A DNA stretch of 63,407 nt, filler included, from Rhabdomonas costata (GCA_019059605.1; 57 parts of 57 records of this genome joined end to end with filler, not necessarily neighbours in it), one strand, 5' to 3'; shown: positions 36,783 to 50,927, counted from the first letter of the whole stretch. Notes: a model not told the origin generated them from the letters alone. Translations and numbers: made by a program.

Positions 36783-37686
36783 TGGCCGGGAACATTTAAT
36801 TCGGCGTCAAAAGTTTGCCCGCACCGGGAGCACCAGGAATACCCCGGAAGAGCTTCGGCCTCTGATAGGGAAATGGGAATGAACCCCTTTTCCTTGCGCG
36901 GCACCCTGGTCTCGTAGAATCCAGTGCTAGGAATCATGACCGTGCCGTATATGGTCGCCTCATGACACAACGCCGGCGCGGACAAAACTGCGTCCCAGAC
37001 ATTCTGCACGGTGAGGGCATTGTGATCGAGCAGATGGGTTACTCGCATTCGCGAGACGTCACGGCGCTTGAGAGAAAGCATGACGCTGTCCTTCGGATTA
37101 TCGCTCCAGTGGTCCATGTTGGGCTGCACAAGGAAGGGCTGCTCCTTCAAAGACAGCGGGTTTACATCCCCGTACCGGTCTCGGGAAAGGATGATTCCCT
37201 CCCCGGGCTTTCCGCCGCATACAATGAAGTAGCATGGCGACACCAAGGGAGAGCTCCTCAGGCGGTCTACGGCACTTTCGAAGGTGGGGGACGAGGTCAG
37301 CACCTCCCTCACCAAGAACCCGATCGGCCAAGAGCGATTCAGGGCAGCACGGAAGGTGCCCCAACGGCTGCCCTTTCTAGTGAAGCGGATATTAACAGAG
37401 ACACCAACGGGCGAGCTTCCATAGCTCATCCCTGTGAGTACCCCGACATAGCCAATCCAGGTCGACGCGATGGCTACAGGGGCACCGCCCTTGGTGAAGG
37501 TGACTTGGGCGGTCAAGGGGCGCAGGAAGGGCATTGCCCAGTCCATGGTGCGGGCAAGCATCGGGTTCCCAGATGCGCTCGCAGGTGCGATAACCGAGGT
37601 GCACTTGGCACATACTTCATAAACAAGCTGCATCATGGCCAGCTTTCCCAGAGGCAGGTTGGCGGCTTTGGCAATTCCCTTAAGCT
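36783..37686 (-). CDS. Acid ceramidase / N-acylethanolamine acid amidase-like Ntn-hydrolase, large exon
   Basis: ELKGIA...QLVYE...CTSVIA (nucleophile Cys at the beta-subunit N-terminus), ARTMDW, GYVGVLTGM, FLVREVL, CYFIVCG...GEGIILSRDR. Acceptor tttcctcAG. Confidence 0.92.
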
Positions 37687-40600
37687 CTGAGGAAAAGCAT
37701 AAAATTGGTGAAACCAAACTTCGAAGGCAACGTTTATTACAAATCCTTCAAACAACCGGAACCCCAACACCCCACTCACAGNNNNNNNNNNNNNNNNNNN
37801 NNNNNNNNNNNNNNNNNNNNNNNNNTTAATTAATTAANNNNNNNNNNNNNNNNNNNNNNNNNNNNNNNNNNNNNNNNNNNNGTGGGTTGGGTCGGCGCGA
37901 GCATCGATGATTTGGGCGGGCTATATCTTAAGCGCGTGGACCACCTTACTGCTGTTTTTTTACCTCACTTGACCAATGACTGCACGTGTAGTTGTGGGCT
38001 GAAATTACCTCTCTTTAATCACAGTTTTCCGTGAAGGACAAATCTTCAGTTGGGTTACCGTCAAGCCACAGCGAAACCTGTCTTCGCTTCGCACTGATCC
38101 ACATTTTCACTGCCCGCGTTATTTTGCTTTTTTTTGTGTACGGGACGCTTGTTATGGTATGTCGAGATGTGTTAGGGGTGTTTATCTCTGCGCGGACTTT
38201 CAGGCAAAGCTCGCCCAGGCCACCTCTCGGCGAATGATGCGCGCTCTTCAAGAGAGGGTCTGCGATGTTTTGGTGCTTTTTATTTTCCTTGGGGGGTTGC
38301 AGGTGTGCGCAAATGCAGCCGTGGGACCATCAAAGGAATCCCTGGGTTGCTTTGTAACGCATGCTGTGCTATGCTGTGAGGTCTTTGGTAGTGCCTGTAG
38401 GGTCCCAGCTCGATGAGGGATGTTTATTCTGCCCTCTGGTTTCTGCCACGTTGGCGGTGCATCCCACTTGCCAGAATTACTGCTTGGGTAAAGTTGCCCT
38501 GAAATGATATAAAGTTCGTTCCACGATATTTCTCCAGTGCACAGCGGTCTCTCTGTTAATCTCTCTTTGACCACGAGCCCCCACCAAAAGCCACAACTCT
38601 CCTTCAATGGAAATGAAAGATTTAGCCGCTTGGGGGCAGTGGCAGACCGACATTCATCGGTGGTACTCGTTCATCGTCTGACGCTCGCGGCGGCACCTTT
38701 GCACACCTGTTTTGCTCTTCTGTTCTCCTCTACTTTTGTGTTCATGCTGCCTGTCACAGAGATTGCCAGGCTTACCGCAGAGCTGCGGCAGCTCTCTTCT
38801 GGCGAAAATTACGAGGAGAACCTGCTGCATATCAGCGATCTGGACAGTTTTCAGCTGCGAGAAGAGGTTCCTCCGACCCCACCTCCCACACAAANNNNNN
38901 NNNNNNNNNNNNNNNNNNNNNNNNNNNNNNNNNNNNNNTTAATTAATTAANNNNNNNNNNNNNNNNNNNNNNNNNNNNNNNNNNNNNNNNNNNNGTGTGG
39001 GTGTGTTTGGTGGGGGGGGGGCACCGACAACAGAACACAACTCAGGGTAAAAACGTAAAAACAAATGGGGTACAAAACCAAATTGGGTGGTATTAAATAC
39101 TGTAGTTTTAAGCAAAAACAATCTCGCAATTTAAAGCAGTCCGGCTCGTGCAGGAAGACGGCGACAATGATGACGTCTACGGCAGTCCTTCTCAACATGG
39201 ACCGCCGCCGCCAACCGATGATCAAATGGTAGATCTACTGGCTCCACAGCAAGTAGAACAACAAATGGGACCGGCATTCTTTGAACCTAACAGTTGGACA
39301 GCCTCGGATTCCACCGACTCAGCAACATCACCCTGAGATGTTTATCATGGAGCAATCCCATCAAGTAGAGAGCAATCCCCTCCAGTGGGGGAGCGTTCAG
39401 CACCGCCTTTACCAGCTAACGACTACTTAGACGAAGACTCCTTTGACACCTGAAGTACGCAACCAAACACTCATAAGTTCTGCAATACACTTGTCTCTAA
39501 CGACACCACCTGTTCCATACAAACCTCCTGAGTTGCCTGTCTGGGACCATCCGTACATAACGCGCAACCAGTGTCCTCACTAACGGAGTCATAACCATTG
39601 CAACCTGTCGTTCCTGAGACTCCATGCCCACTAACTCCGCAAGATTTTCCTCCACTAGCGGATGTGGATCACGATTCACCTCGTTGGAACGAGTTTGATC
39701 CCACTTCTATCCAAGGTACCACAACAGAAGAGGTCGCGCGTTGGATTCGCACGGCTCAAGCCTCAAACGAGGAAGAGAACAAATACGATGCGTTTTACTC
39801 AGCCATACAGACCTCAATGGTTCCCGTACCAATTCATAACTTTGACTCACATTCAAGTATCATTAAATGCAGTCCATACCAAATCATCCGTCAGTTTACC
39901 CCGACTTGAAATGACACCGCCCACCACCCCTCATCGTTTTATGCAGCAGCATTGCTGTTCTTCCACAGCCTCTAACTAGGTTTCAGCAAAACACATGTCA
40001 GCGAACAANNNNNNNNNNNNNNNNNNNNNNNNNNNNNNNNNNNNNNNNNNNNTTAATTAATTAANNNNNNNNNNNNNNNNNNNNNNNNNNNNNNNNNNNN
40101 NNNNNNNNTTTGGGTTTTTCACAGGTACCTGAGCCACCCGCCCTGCCACTCTGCAGAACTATAGAGCTGCAGAGTGGCAGGGCGGGTGGCTCAGGTACCT
40201 GTGAAAAACGGTGATACACCACAACCAGAGATGCGTCCTTTCTTTTCGCCTTCAGCATCAGAAAAATATCTCAAAAACGAAGAAGTGCGCATTAACGGGA
40301 CAACCTCGAATACAGAAATACAACAGAACGTAGCCGCATAGTTGACATTTTTTTGCTTGGAATGGAATGGAAATCGCCATTCTCAAGTGCACATGTCTTC
40401 AGTTTGGTTAAGTGAAGAAAGGAGGTGGGCGCATTATGCTTTGCGGCGTCAATTTACCCCGTCACAATCAGTGAAGGCACTCCGTCAAACCGAAAATCAT
40501 AAGATTATTACAGTATTATAGTTTTTGGCGCATCACCTTCCTCTGAGGATAAGCAAAAAGCGGGAGTTACCGCCCACCAAAAAGTTAAAGAAGCGGCATG

Positions 40601-41864
40601 CTCCGACGCGCCTCAGTGGGAAGGTCCTCATATCGGGACGAACTTGACCCGCCGTAGATGAGCTCTGAGCTGCCAATGGACATCACCCCTGCAAAAGAAT
40701 GGATCGAAGGTGAGCAGTGGTCCCTGAAATGCTGCAAGAGAAGCATAGCTAAACTAAAATGGCGACAGGGAAACGTAAAACCTCAACTTTCGGCAGTTTA
40801 ATCGAATCGAATCCACGAAAGATTTGGCTAGACGCCAAATCAACATGAGCCGTGGTTAAGAACTGGGCAGATATGATCCAAAAGTTATATCATATGCTCC
40901 AAATCCAATGATCCCCGTCGTTTCGCGCGGGACGGGGGGGGGGTTAGAGAGATGAGCGATTGTGGCACACACCGATCAGGCCCAGAAGGGCCGGCAGGTC
41001 GTTTTCCACCGTCTGAAGGACAAGAAAGTCTGCGCCTTGGGGGCAGAACACGCGCCTCAGCGCCTCGCAGTCCTCCCGCAGCAGCCTGCCGTGCGACTCA
41101 GTGAACACCCGCGACTCCCCTCCNNNNNNNNNNNNNNNNNNNNNNNNNNNNNNNNNNNNNNNNNNNNTTAATTAATTAANNNNNNNNNNNNNNNNNNNNN
41201 NNNNNNNNNNNNNNNNNNNNNNNTTTTTTGGGACCACAAGGAATGACTTCCCTTCCCTCCCGCTCCCACGGCACATTATCTCCATTAGTGGCCATCTTCT
41301 GCCAAGATTGCCTTCTAATGTTTGCTCATGATGATGGAACGTCCAGTGCTCAGCTTTTTTCTATTAGTGCACCTTTGTTCTGTACTCGCTTCTTCTGTGT
41401 TCACTGAGTGGGTCCGGTGGAGGGGCTTTTGCTGTGGCCCTTGTCAAAAATCTTGCCGCGTTCCTGTGACCGCGGACATTCCCCCGTGACTCCGACCTCT
41501 GGGACTCAATTACGCCTGCTGCAAGGCATTCAGTGTTCTGTTTTGCTGTCTTGACTCTCTTTCTGATGGCGAAAGTCCTTTCCCCGGCTTGGTGGGGCAA
41601 ATGCTCTGTTTCTAAATTTTGGCATCTCTTTGACAAGTGCTCGGCAAGTTGGCAAGTATGCCACCTCGTGGCAAACCGTGTTGGTAACACGACGCCTTTC
41701 GAGGCCTATTGGTCCGAAAGGAGCGAAAGGGACGCTTTGCTATTCCCTCTAACCACTCTCCTTTTTTTGCTCTTGGTTTGCGCCCCTCTGTGCTCTTATT
41801 CGCCGTGAAACCTATTGAGCTGATCCTCGGTCGAGCGCCTACAGCCGATTTCTATTTCGGTGCT

Positions 41865-42057
41865 CTGGGCTGGGCTGGGCTGGGCTGGGCTGGGCTGGGC
41901 TCCAGTGTGGTGTGGTGTGGTGTGGTGTGGGTCTTTGTGCTCTGTTCCGACCCGGGTAAAAAAAACCAGGCGCAAACGGCGCCGGGGCCATGCTCGAGGC
42001 CAACTGTTGTAACTCAAAGGAATCATCCATCAGTACGCGTGACCGCGATTGACTTTT

Positions 42058-42117
<60 letters not shown>
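41865..42117. repeat. Microsatellite cluster: (CTGGG)7, (GTGTG)5 and a long (CA)n tract
   Basis: Seen at about 41865-41901, 41905-41930 and 42059-42117. Confidence 0.93.
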
Positions 42118-42127
<10 letters not shown>

Positions 42128-43771
42128 ACCAGAATAGCACATACATGGCGTTTTTCCCAAAAGAAATCTGGCGGCCCGGATCGAGCCGTGCCTGATGAAC
42201 CGACGCGCGCCAATACGCCGGCTTTATTCGCGATGCAATGTGGNNNNNNNNNNNNNNNNNNNNNNNNNNNNNNNNNNNNNNNNNNNNTTAATTAATTAAN
42301 NNNNNNNNNNNNNNNNNNNNNNNNNNNNNNNNNNNNNNNNNNNAGAGGCCATCCAGGGCCTTACCGTGATGGCCTCTCCAAGTACGCATCTGTGCTAAGA
42401 AACAGTAATAAAGTTGGGTGCACACGCGTTTATCTCCTTTATTCTTGCATTACCTTTTTTGTGTATCTGAACGGACACGTAGGACCTATCGCGGGGAAGC
42501 GTGTATCCGCTTCCAAACGGATATTTTTGGTTGGTTTGCACTCCGGGGGACTCAGGGGAAAGCATCAGGTTGGGGGCCGATCATATGGCAATCGTAGGGC
42601 ATTTGCTGTTGCTGGGACGTGCCCACGCGGCGCTCAGCCTGTTATGTTTTTCTTGCATTGACTCCCTCCTCTGGCCCTGTCACCTCTTGACATTGTTCGG
42701 TTTAGCTTTTCCTTGTTCTCCCAGAGTCCAGCTCAGCTAAACCTGCGGTGCAGCGGAAGGCCAGCACGGGTGGAGCTCCAGGTGACGGTTGCTGCACTTT
42801 CGCTGTGCCCTTGATCCTGCGTGATCTGTCTGTGTTAGGCGACTGCTTTTGCTATTTTTCGTCTCTTAAAAGAAAAATGTGGTGTTGAAGAGACACAGAA
42901 TGTTCTCGTGATACATTGTACATCCGAACGAGGGGGGGGGGTGAAACCCCTTGCGTCTGCGGTACCTTTCACCTCCTAACCGGAGGTGTTGTTCTATAGA
43001 GTGTTAAAATGCATTCATGATGCTTGAACGGGACCTTTGTTGAACAACATGACTGAAATTTTTCGATTTTTATTGCTTGTGTGCCCGATAATCTCTGGTG
43101 AGCATTGTGGGCAAGGATGGTGGGCGAGCGCGGAGAACTCTGTCAAATCAAGGTTACAAGGTTCCGCCCACCGGTCGAGGGGTGACCTGAGAAACAGGAA
43201 GCGCAAGAAAGCTGTAAAGCTCCGGTGACGGTAAAAAGACCTTCACAGCAACGATGGCCCCTTCACGGAATTTGCAGGTATGCATGTGTGTGTCTGTGAA
43301 CGTGTTGCTTTTTGTAGGCCGCAAGGGAAGCACGGGAAGGCCCACCAGCGACTCCTNNNNNNNNNNNNNNNNNNNNNNNNNNNNNNNNNNNNNNNNNNNN
43401 TTAATTAATTAANNNNNNNNNNNNNNNNNNNNNNNNNNNNNNNNNNNNNNNNNNNNGTGTTGGGTGTGGTTGGGGTGGTTGTTATCCTAAGTGAGTTCAT
43501 GCGCGCGCATTTTTGGGCAAACACCAGTTGCAAAGAACGACAGTACTCTCTTTTCAAAGGGGGCGAGGAAGCACCAATGGGGTTGCCCATCGGAAACTTC
43601 CGGTAACAAAGGGAACAGAAAGCAACGAGGTCTTCACGTTGCATTGTGTTGACGTGCGTGACCTGCTTTGCTTGCTTTCATTCCTGGAACACTGGCAAGG
43701 CGGTTCATAATGCTCGTGTGGTTGTTGTAAGAGAGACCAGGAGAGGGAAAAGGGGGAGAAGAGCAGCAAAC

Positions 43772-44264
43772 CAGGACGGAGTTCAGAGACTCAATCCACT
43801 CCGGGTCAATGTCACCATCGCAGAGAATCCAGGACCTGGTCTCCAAAGTCTCCAGAACCACCTAAACCCGCAGGGTTGGCAAGGAATTGCATGGAGCGTG
43901 GTTAAGTGCCTGGAGGATGGCGATGCAGGTCCCCACCCCCACCCGCCGGTTAGGGCACCTTTTACCTTGGAGGGGGCCAACCATAGCCGGAGGTGGATGA
44001 ACTCGAAACATCTTAGAATGTGTGCCAGTTGGAGCCATTGTGAGGGTTTCAGGTTGTAATCTGGGTAGGCCCCGCCAAATTATATTGATTCAACTCGAAC
44101 CTCCACATCATGTACACTGAATGAACACACGCTTCGACAATGTTTTTTTGCTTTTCTTGTGCACCCCCGAGGACAACAGGAAATTCTTGAAACGCGCTTA
44201 CCTTCCTCGCGGCCGCTGTCAGAACTCCATCCGACCACTCTCGGGTGTCGTTGTCCATATAGCC
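43772..44264 (-). CDS. DYNC2H1: Cytoplasmic dynein-2 (retrograde IFT) heavy chain, two exons in AAA2
   Basis: Exon 44264-44202 [25 protein letters not shown] intron, exon 43861-43772 [41 protein letters not shown] and [19 protein letters not shown] are characteristic of dynein-2. Confidence 0.9.
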
Positions 44265-46811
44265 CTGTCAAGCAAAAAAAAACACCATTGAAAAATGGGC
44301 AAGAGAGGAAGGCAAGTTGAAATTGACGGTTGATGTTCCTGGAACTTTCGACATCATTTGTGAGATAGCCGATGCCAAGTGCCAGGAAAGAGGAAAAGGC
44401 ACCTGCCAAAAGCATAACCGCTGCCTTGAAATAACTTCGATTGATTTCGTCTTGCTAGAAAATCCCACACNNNNNNNNNNNNNNNNNNNNNNNNNNNNNN
44501 NNNNNNNNNNNNNNTTAATTAATTAANNNNNNNNNNNNNNNNNNNNNNNNNNNNNNNNNNNNNNNNNNNNTGTGTGGTGTCAGGGTCACGGTCTGTGCGT
44601 TGGGGGTGTCGGTGGAGGATGGTGGATGGAGGGTTGCGGAGTCTGAGGTCGTGAGGTTGGTGCTGAGGGTGAGGGTCAGGGTCAGTCGTGGGGTTTTGCG
44701 TTTCAGTCGTCATGGTCATGGTCGTTGGGTTGGCGGATGTCCCTCGGGATATCCATCGGTCGAAGGGGGGCAGGGCCTGATCGATTGCAGAGAGGGGGTC
44801 CACGATGCACCAGCTCCATCAGATAAACTGTTTGCAGGTGAACTTTGCCTCAGCCCAAGCAGCGGACATTGCATCTGTTGCTCGATATGTGGTGGATGGG
44901 CCCCTCTCGGTGACATATGAACTCAATGTGCGCTCTGATCCTTCTCTCCAGCAAGCTTCTGCGGCCGTGCCCGCCGGGCTACCACTTCATCCACCTCGAG
45001 TCGAAGCACCGGCTGACCTCCCCGGTGAACTACCCCCGGCTGTGCGCTGGCCTGTCGGCCCAGCTGCACCAGCAGGAGGGCGTGGAGGAGCCTGGAAACC
45101 CCTCCAGGCAGCCACAGCTGCTGGCCCTTCTGAAGGTATGTGCGGTGGTCTATTTTTTATGATGTACCATTCTGCTGTGCCTCTCCGTCTCTCATTGCCG
45201 CCGCAGGGCCGCGCTGTTGAAGACAACCAAACGTTAATCCGTTTTATTTGGCAGCACATCAGGACGAACCACCAATGTCGGACCTGTAACGAACTCGTTT
45301 TCAATGCTCGGATGGTTCGGCTTTCTTTCTTCTCTGAGAGCAACGTGAAAACACAATTATACAGTAGTAGAACTCAGTTAATGTCTGGAAGCGCTCCCCG
45401 TCGGCAATACTTGAAAGACTGGAAATCAGGCAGGTAGTGTGTTCCCCGTTGTTTTGGGTTGAGCTGTACGCCAAACAAAGACCACACCCAAGCCCTCTCC
45501 CCCGTTGTTTTGGCACCGTCTCAATGGATGAAGGTCTGAAGTTTCCCATTAACAAGTCACTGCGTCCTCGGCCCGCAAAGCGCANNNNNNNNNNNNNNNN
45601 NNNNNNNNNNNNNNNNNNNNNNNNNNNNTTAATTAATTAANNNNNNNNNNNNNNNNNNNNNNNNNNNNNNNNNNNNNNNNNNNNGTTGTTTTCTTTCGTA
45701 GTGGTGGGTTCATGTTGTCTCGCGTATCGGTGGTTTGTGACACCCCGCCTCCTGTCTTCTGACATATGAAGATTCTGTCCTCTTATCCCCTGTCTGGCGC
45801 CGCGATGTAGTTCCGAAACGTTGTGTACGCAGGCACCTACTACGCCCTTCTGAGTGTGCTGCAGTGCAAAGGAGGGCCGGAGCAATGCTGAGCGGAGGGT
45901 TCACTTTTTCGAAGCCTGCTAGCCAGCCCACCTAGGAGCTCCATCAGAATTTTTGAGGTTCCCCCCTGCCATGAAAGCCACTTGTGAGACCTGGATAGAT
46001 GAAAGGCTTAATGCACGTTTATGGTTTGGGTGACGGGCCAGTGTATAAGTTGGTGCACGTTTGGGTCCCTTAGATCCCGCGTGGGTTGCATCTTTAAAGA
46101 TGGTGATGGGGGAGGACTCCTCTTGGGCGACGCGATCGGATATCACCAGAATTCCACCCTTCCCCAACCAATTTGCAACACAACAGCATCCAGACGGCAG
46201 CATTCCTGTGACTCCGCCAAGGAGGGAGAACCCTACGATGAACATGCACACCAACCGCGTGAACGGGTCCACCCCTGGGACCTGCGCGGGCGGCAAGCAG
46301 GAATGCGGCACCACAAGCGAGAAACACATTCCGCTTCAAACCCCTTATTGGGACGAACACGAAGAAACGAAGAAGAGTAACTCTCTTGGGACTTATAATC
46401 CACCCGATGCGCTTTTAGCTGGGCGTTCCCCATCCTTCCTCCTTCAACTTATTGCCCGCTTTAAGCAAATTCAGGTGTGCATGATGACGACCCGACACCA
46501 AGCCCAGCATTTTCCCCCCAACCATGCCCCTCAACATGGATCAGGAGGTCCCACTTCATACCATATAAAAACGCTTTTAGGTCACCAAGCACATCAGCCC
46601 ATCGCGACAAAAAAACAAACCCAATCAAAACAAGAAGTAAGGCAAGGTGTCACTTTTGGTCACATCTTCCTATTACGTGGGACAGGCAACAACAACCCNN
46701 NNNNNNNNNNNNNNNNNNNNNNNNNNNNNNNNNNNNNNNNNNTTAATTAATTAANNNNNNNNNNNNNNNNNNNNNNNNNNNNNNNNNNNNNNNNNNNNGG
46801 GGTTTTGGGAA

Positions 46812-47705
46812 ATGGTGGTTCCCCTTTTCAAAATTGCCGCCCTGGCGTTGAAGCAGATGACCAAGCCGGTCAGCAAGAACCTGTTAGTGTACGCCTCGGA
46901 CCACCCTGGGTTCCGGAAGTTCTGCGCCCGAGTGGGGAACCGGTACAACAAGTTCACCCAGGCCCTGCAGGGCCGGAAGAACGTTCGCGATTTGGGCGAG
47001 GACGCTGCCGTGAGTGTGGGCACAGAGGCCTTGACGGAGGTCTGCGTGGTGATTGTGGCCTCGGTGATCGTGTTACTGGAGGTGATGAGGCAGTCCGTGA
47101 AGGAGGAGACAAAGGTTCGGGCTTTGGAGGAGAAGTTTCAGAATATTGGCAAAGCCATCCAGGTTTTTATTTGCGCTTCTCTCTGCATGAATTCCTGGTC
47201 CTGCTCGGAAGGGGGGGGCTTCACTCTGCACCCATCTGTCCTGCTCTTCGTTCACCGATGGTCAGGTGTCACCCCCGAAAAAGGGGGTGGATTGGACTAC
47301 TTCCATCAAATCTTCACCTTAAGTTCACTTCGTGACTTCAGGACTGGAGCCGCAGCCGGAAAAATTTGGCCCGGTGTCATGACTTGAGCTCAAATCTCTG
47401 GTTGGGACCCTTATTATGCAGCTTGGTGATAGTACTGCTAAGTTTTGTTTACTGGCAGCTTTCCGCCCCTCACCACATCGCTGCGCCTAGTGATGGCATT
47501 TTGACGAATCCAAGTGATGAATTGGGGTGGGTTTAAGTTTTTCTTTTCGTGTCAGGGCCTCAACGTGCAGTACGAGGAGCTCGCCAACGACCTGCGCGCT
47601 CTGCGGGCGCTTCAGGTGATGCGGCAGGGCGGGCCTGAGGTGGCCCACGCCGCGGCGGTGGAGATCGCTCAGCTCGACCGCAAGCTGGACGCCGACCTGA
47701 AGTGA
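46812..47705 (+). CDS. OPA3: OPA3-like mitochondrial protein, apparently complete two-exon gene (166 aa)
   Basis: Exon 46812-47162 (MVVPLFKIAALALKQMTKPVSK...DHPGFRKFC...LGEDAAVSVGTEALTE + TM + coiled coil), GT-AG intron 47163-47555, exon 47556-47705 to TGA. Confidence 0.9.
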
Positions 47706-48325
47706 GCGAAGGAAGTGGAATGGACATTTTGGAAGGGGATACTCCCAGTACATTGTGTAGGACGTTCCGCTCGTGGCGACCAGCCTACACAATGTACTGG
47801 GAGTATCCCCTANNNNNNNNNNNNNNNNNNNNNNNNNNNNNNNNNNNNNNNNNNNNTTAATTAATTAANNNNNNNNNNNNNNNNNNNNNNNNNNNNNNNN
47901 NNNNNNNNNNNNGGGTTTTGTTCGTTAAAATTAATCCCATGACACGTGTGCAGTCCGCTTGGTGATCGCTGTGCTTATTTGTGCTGGCTGTACTTGTTAC
48001 CACTCTTGACCATATAAGCGGATGGGCCGGCATGGTGTAGAAACAGTCCCCTGTCCTCTCATCCCAGCTTTGCTTGCTGGACGGTATTGCACGAATTCGT
48101 TGCCTTTGTAGAGAGGGACGGCAAAAGAAATGAAATGTCCATCGTATCTCTCGGATCCCTGCCCGCGAAGCGCCGTGCAGTCGTTCAGTGTGGGTCTTTC
48201 GCCAGTGGGCGCCTTTCTGACTGATCACTAGGAAGGTCAGGTCAGCGACGGTTCGCAGTTGCTTTTGTTTAGCACGTTGCTTGGGTTTTGCACCTTTTTC
48301 GGGGCACGCACGGGCTGCTCACCAG

Positions 48326-48898
48326 AGCGACTACTACACCCAGCTCATTGTGGAGGGAGGCGACCTCTCTGGAAACCACCGCGGCTTCAGTGGGCCCGTG
48401 CTGCCACTGTTCGCTCTGCCCAACAAGTACACCCGCTGTGCGGCCTTCCGGCTGGTCTTCTCGGCGCCGTCTTCCGCCAGCGCGGGCGGTATTTGACAGG
48501 CCGTAGAACAAGGTTTGGGTGCTGGGGACAGCTGATGGCATAAAATACTGTCATGCGAGGTCGAGTTCTTCCCTTGTTGTACCAACCTTGAAACATGTGC
48601 AGGGGGTGTCCTGGCGTTGCTGTGTGATGTTTGGTCCAATATTGCTGTTGCCTTGGCGCCGTCAAGTCATCTGTTTTCCGTATGAGGCAGTGTGCGGTGC
48701 TGACCCGGGGGTTTCAGCCGCTTCTGAGCTGAAATATCCTCATGAAGAAAAGCCGGTGAGTCTTCAAGTCTGGAAGCCTTCAAGGTGCGTTTGCTGTCTT
48801 TTGCAGCTCCAGCGAACAATCCATCGACGAACAAGAACCAGATTCAAGCCTTGCAGAGGGTGTCCCAGCAGAGCGAAACCCTCACACCGGAGCTGCAG
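48326..48898 (+). CDS. Two phase-compatible exons of an unknown protein
   Basis: 48326-48488 (SDYYTQLIVEGG...SASAG, donor GTattt) joins 48807-48898 (APANNPSTNKNQIQALQR...ELQ) in frame. Confidence 0.55.
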
Positions 48899-49049
48899 GT
48901 GGTTTCTAACCAAACACACCCACCACNNNNNNNNNNNNNNNNNNNNNNNNNNNNNNNNNNNNNNNNNNNNTTAATTAATTAANNNNNNNNNNNNNNNNNN
49001 NNNNNNNNNNNNNNNNNNNNNNNNNNGTGGGTTGGGGTCCACCACGGCG

Positions 49050-50007
49050 GTGGATCTCAACGCCGTGGTGGACCCCAAGACGGGCTCCACGCTTGCCCAC
49101 CTCACCGCTCTGTACAAATTACGGAAAACTACGGAGGCCCTCGTGAAGGCCGGAGTGGATGCTAGTCTCAAGGTCAGCCCCCCCCCCTTTTGCTCTCGCA
49201 TTCCCACGACGCTGTGTGGTTCTGTGTTGGGCTTTTTCGTCTGGGCTTACCGGTTTTGGGGTGCAGCATTGACTAAGTTGTGATTAGAGAGAGTGGTCGA
49301 GGGTCCCAACCTTTGAGAAAGTTGTCCCTGCAGGAAGGGACCTGCTGCCATATTAGAAAGAGGCCACCCTATTTGCTGGGTGACATATCCCATGGTCACT
49401 GCCGGACCGGTCGTGGCCAAACCAGAGACCTGACATCGACCTCAGAACTAGAGTTTTTGTGACGCGTTGGTGCTTCCATTTGGTGGGATGGTAGCACTCC
49501 TTGCTTTGCTGCAAGAGAATAGAACTGTTGGCTTGTGCACCGTCTGCCCACCTGCACGCCGACATGCCAACAACGAGTTCTCTTTTTGCCATTAATTGCG
49601 TTCAGGGTGAACTCCCCCCCTTCACGGATATTTGCTGGTTTTACATACTTCTCTCAGGCGTGACACTCTCATTCAAGAAATCAAGTCTTGGGTGGCATCA
49701 AAACCGCCCGTTGCCCCGAATAACTTACTTACTTCGCTCCGCCCGCTTCTTGCCCCGTCGCCTTTTTGCGCGTGTCTTACCACAGAACAGTGCCGGGCGG
49801 GTTCCCCTTGTGGTGGCCGTGATGGACGGTCTCGATGACGACACCGCTGTTGTTCTGCTGGGGCCCACTCTCGCCCAGAAGGCCGTGGAGGTCAACGCGG
49901 TGGTGGACCTGGAGATGGGCTCCACCCTTGTCCACCTCACTGCGCTGCACAAGATGCCGCGCACCACGGAGGCCCTTGTGCAGGCCGGGGCAGACCCACG
50001 GCTGAAG
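49050..50007 (+). CDS. Ankyrin-like repeat protein built from duplicated exons
   Basis: Exon ending 49172 (NAVVDPKTGSTLAHLTAL...EALVKAGVDASLK) and exon 49786-50007 (...NAVVDLEMGSTLVHLTAL...EALVQAGADPRLK). Both are followed by GTCAGCCCC. Confidence 0.8.
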
Positions 50008-50927
50008 GTCAGCCCCACCTCTGACACCCACCACCAACCCNNNNNNNNNNNNNNNNNNNNNNNNNNNNNNNNNNNNNNNNNNNNTTAATTAATTAANNNN
50101 NNNNNNNNNNNNNNNNNNNNNNNNNNNNNNNNNNNNNNNNGGGAAAACGTGGGTGAAAGTACGTGTTGTGGGTGTACGTGTTTCCGGGCAGTCATCAGGT
50201 GAGAGGAAACTCTTCGTTTTTCTAGCAACCCGGAAGGCAACGTTCATAGTCTCTAAAAATGGTGGGGCGGGCGGGAGGGCAGTGACACGTCTCAACAAAA
50301 AGAACAGATGCCAGAGAGGACAACCATCAGATATAGTACTTATTTCGAGGACGTTAGTCGGGATGTCCTGATGTTGGTCCGGGGCGCAACTTGTGCTGCT
50401 TATCCTCAACTGGACCACATGCTTGTTACCTCATGCTGTGCCCCCTCCCCGATGCACCGGACGCCTGTTGTGCCCAAGTAGGCCAGTACCTGTTTACGTC
50501 ATGTCAATGTTCTCAGCGTTAAGGCGGGTGGCTAGTGCTTCTTCCGGTCAGCGCGCCTGCGCGGACCTCTTTGCCGCATGGCGTCGAGAAAATCATAGGC
50601 ATGCGCTAACTCACAGAGAAACTGCTGCATCGCGTCCATTTTATGGATGGAACTCTGAGGCTGCGAAGGAACGAACACCCAGGAGAAGCAGGTGCACTGC
50701 ACAGGAAGGGAACATGCATTTATCAAACAGCAATTATCCCACCCGTCCGTAACCTCAGCGGAAGTGGGGGTTCTTTCCGCCCGAATTGTCAGCCTTTTCG
50801 CTGCGACGCCTTTCCTCGTGACCAGGCGTTGACGGTAAGTCCAATTCCCGATCCCAGCCCGAAATCCACAGGTCCTTATCTCAAAAATGCACCCCTCCAG
50901 AAAACAAGTTTATCCCAGTGCTGAAAA

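Noticed and set aside
39148..39979. Stop-interrupted acidic/Pro-rich frames, possibly a decayed mobile element
   Set aside because: No diagnostic domain recognised.
19466..44264. Treating the two dynein fragments as one gene or a cluster
   Set aside because: They are on different contigs and appear to be different classes (axonemal versus dynein-2).
45848..45860. TTCTGAGTGT resembling part of the euglenid spliced-leader exon
   Set aside because: Only about 10 nt match, with no following T-tract or donor.
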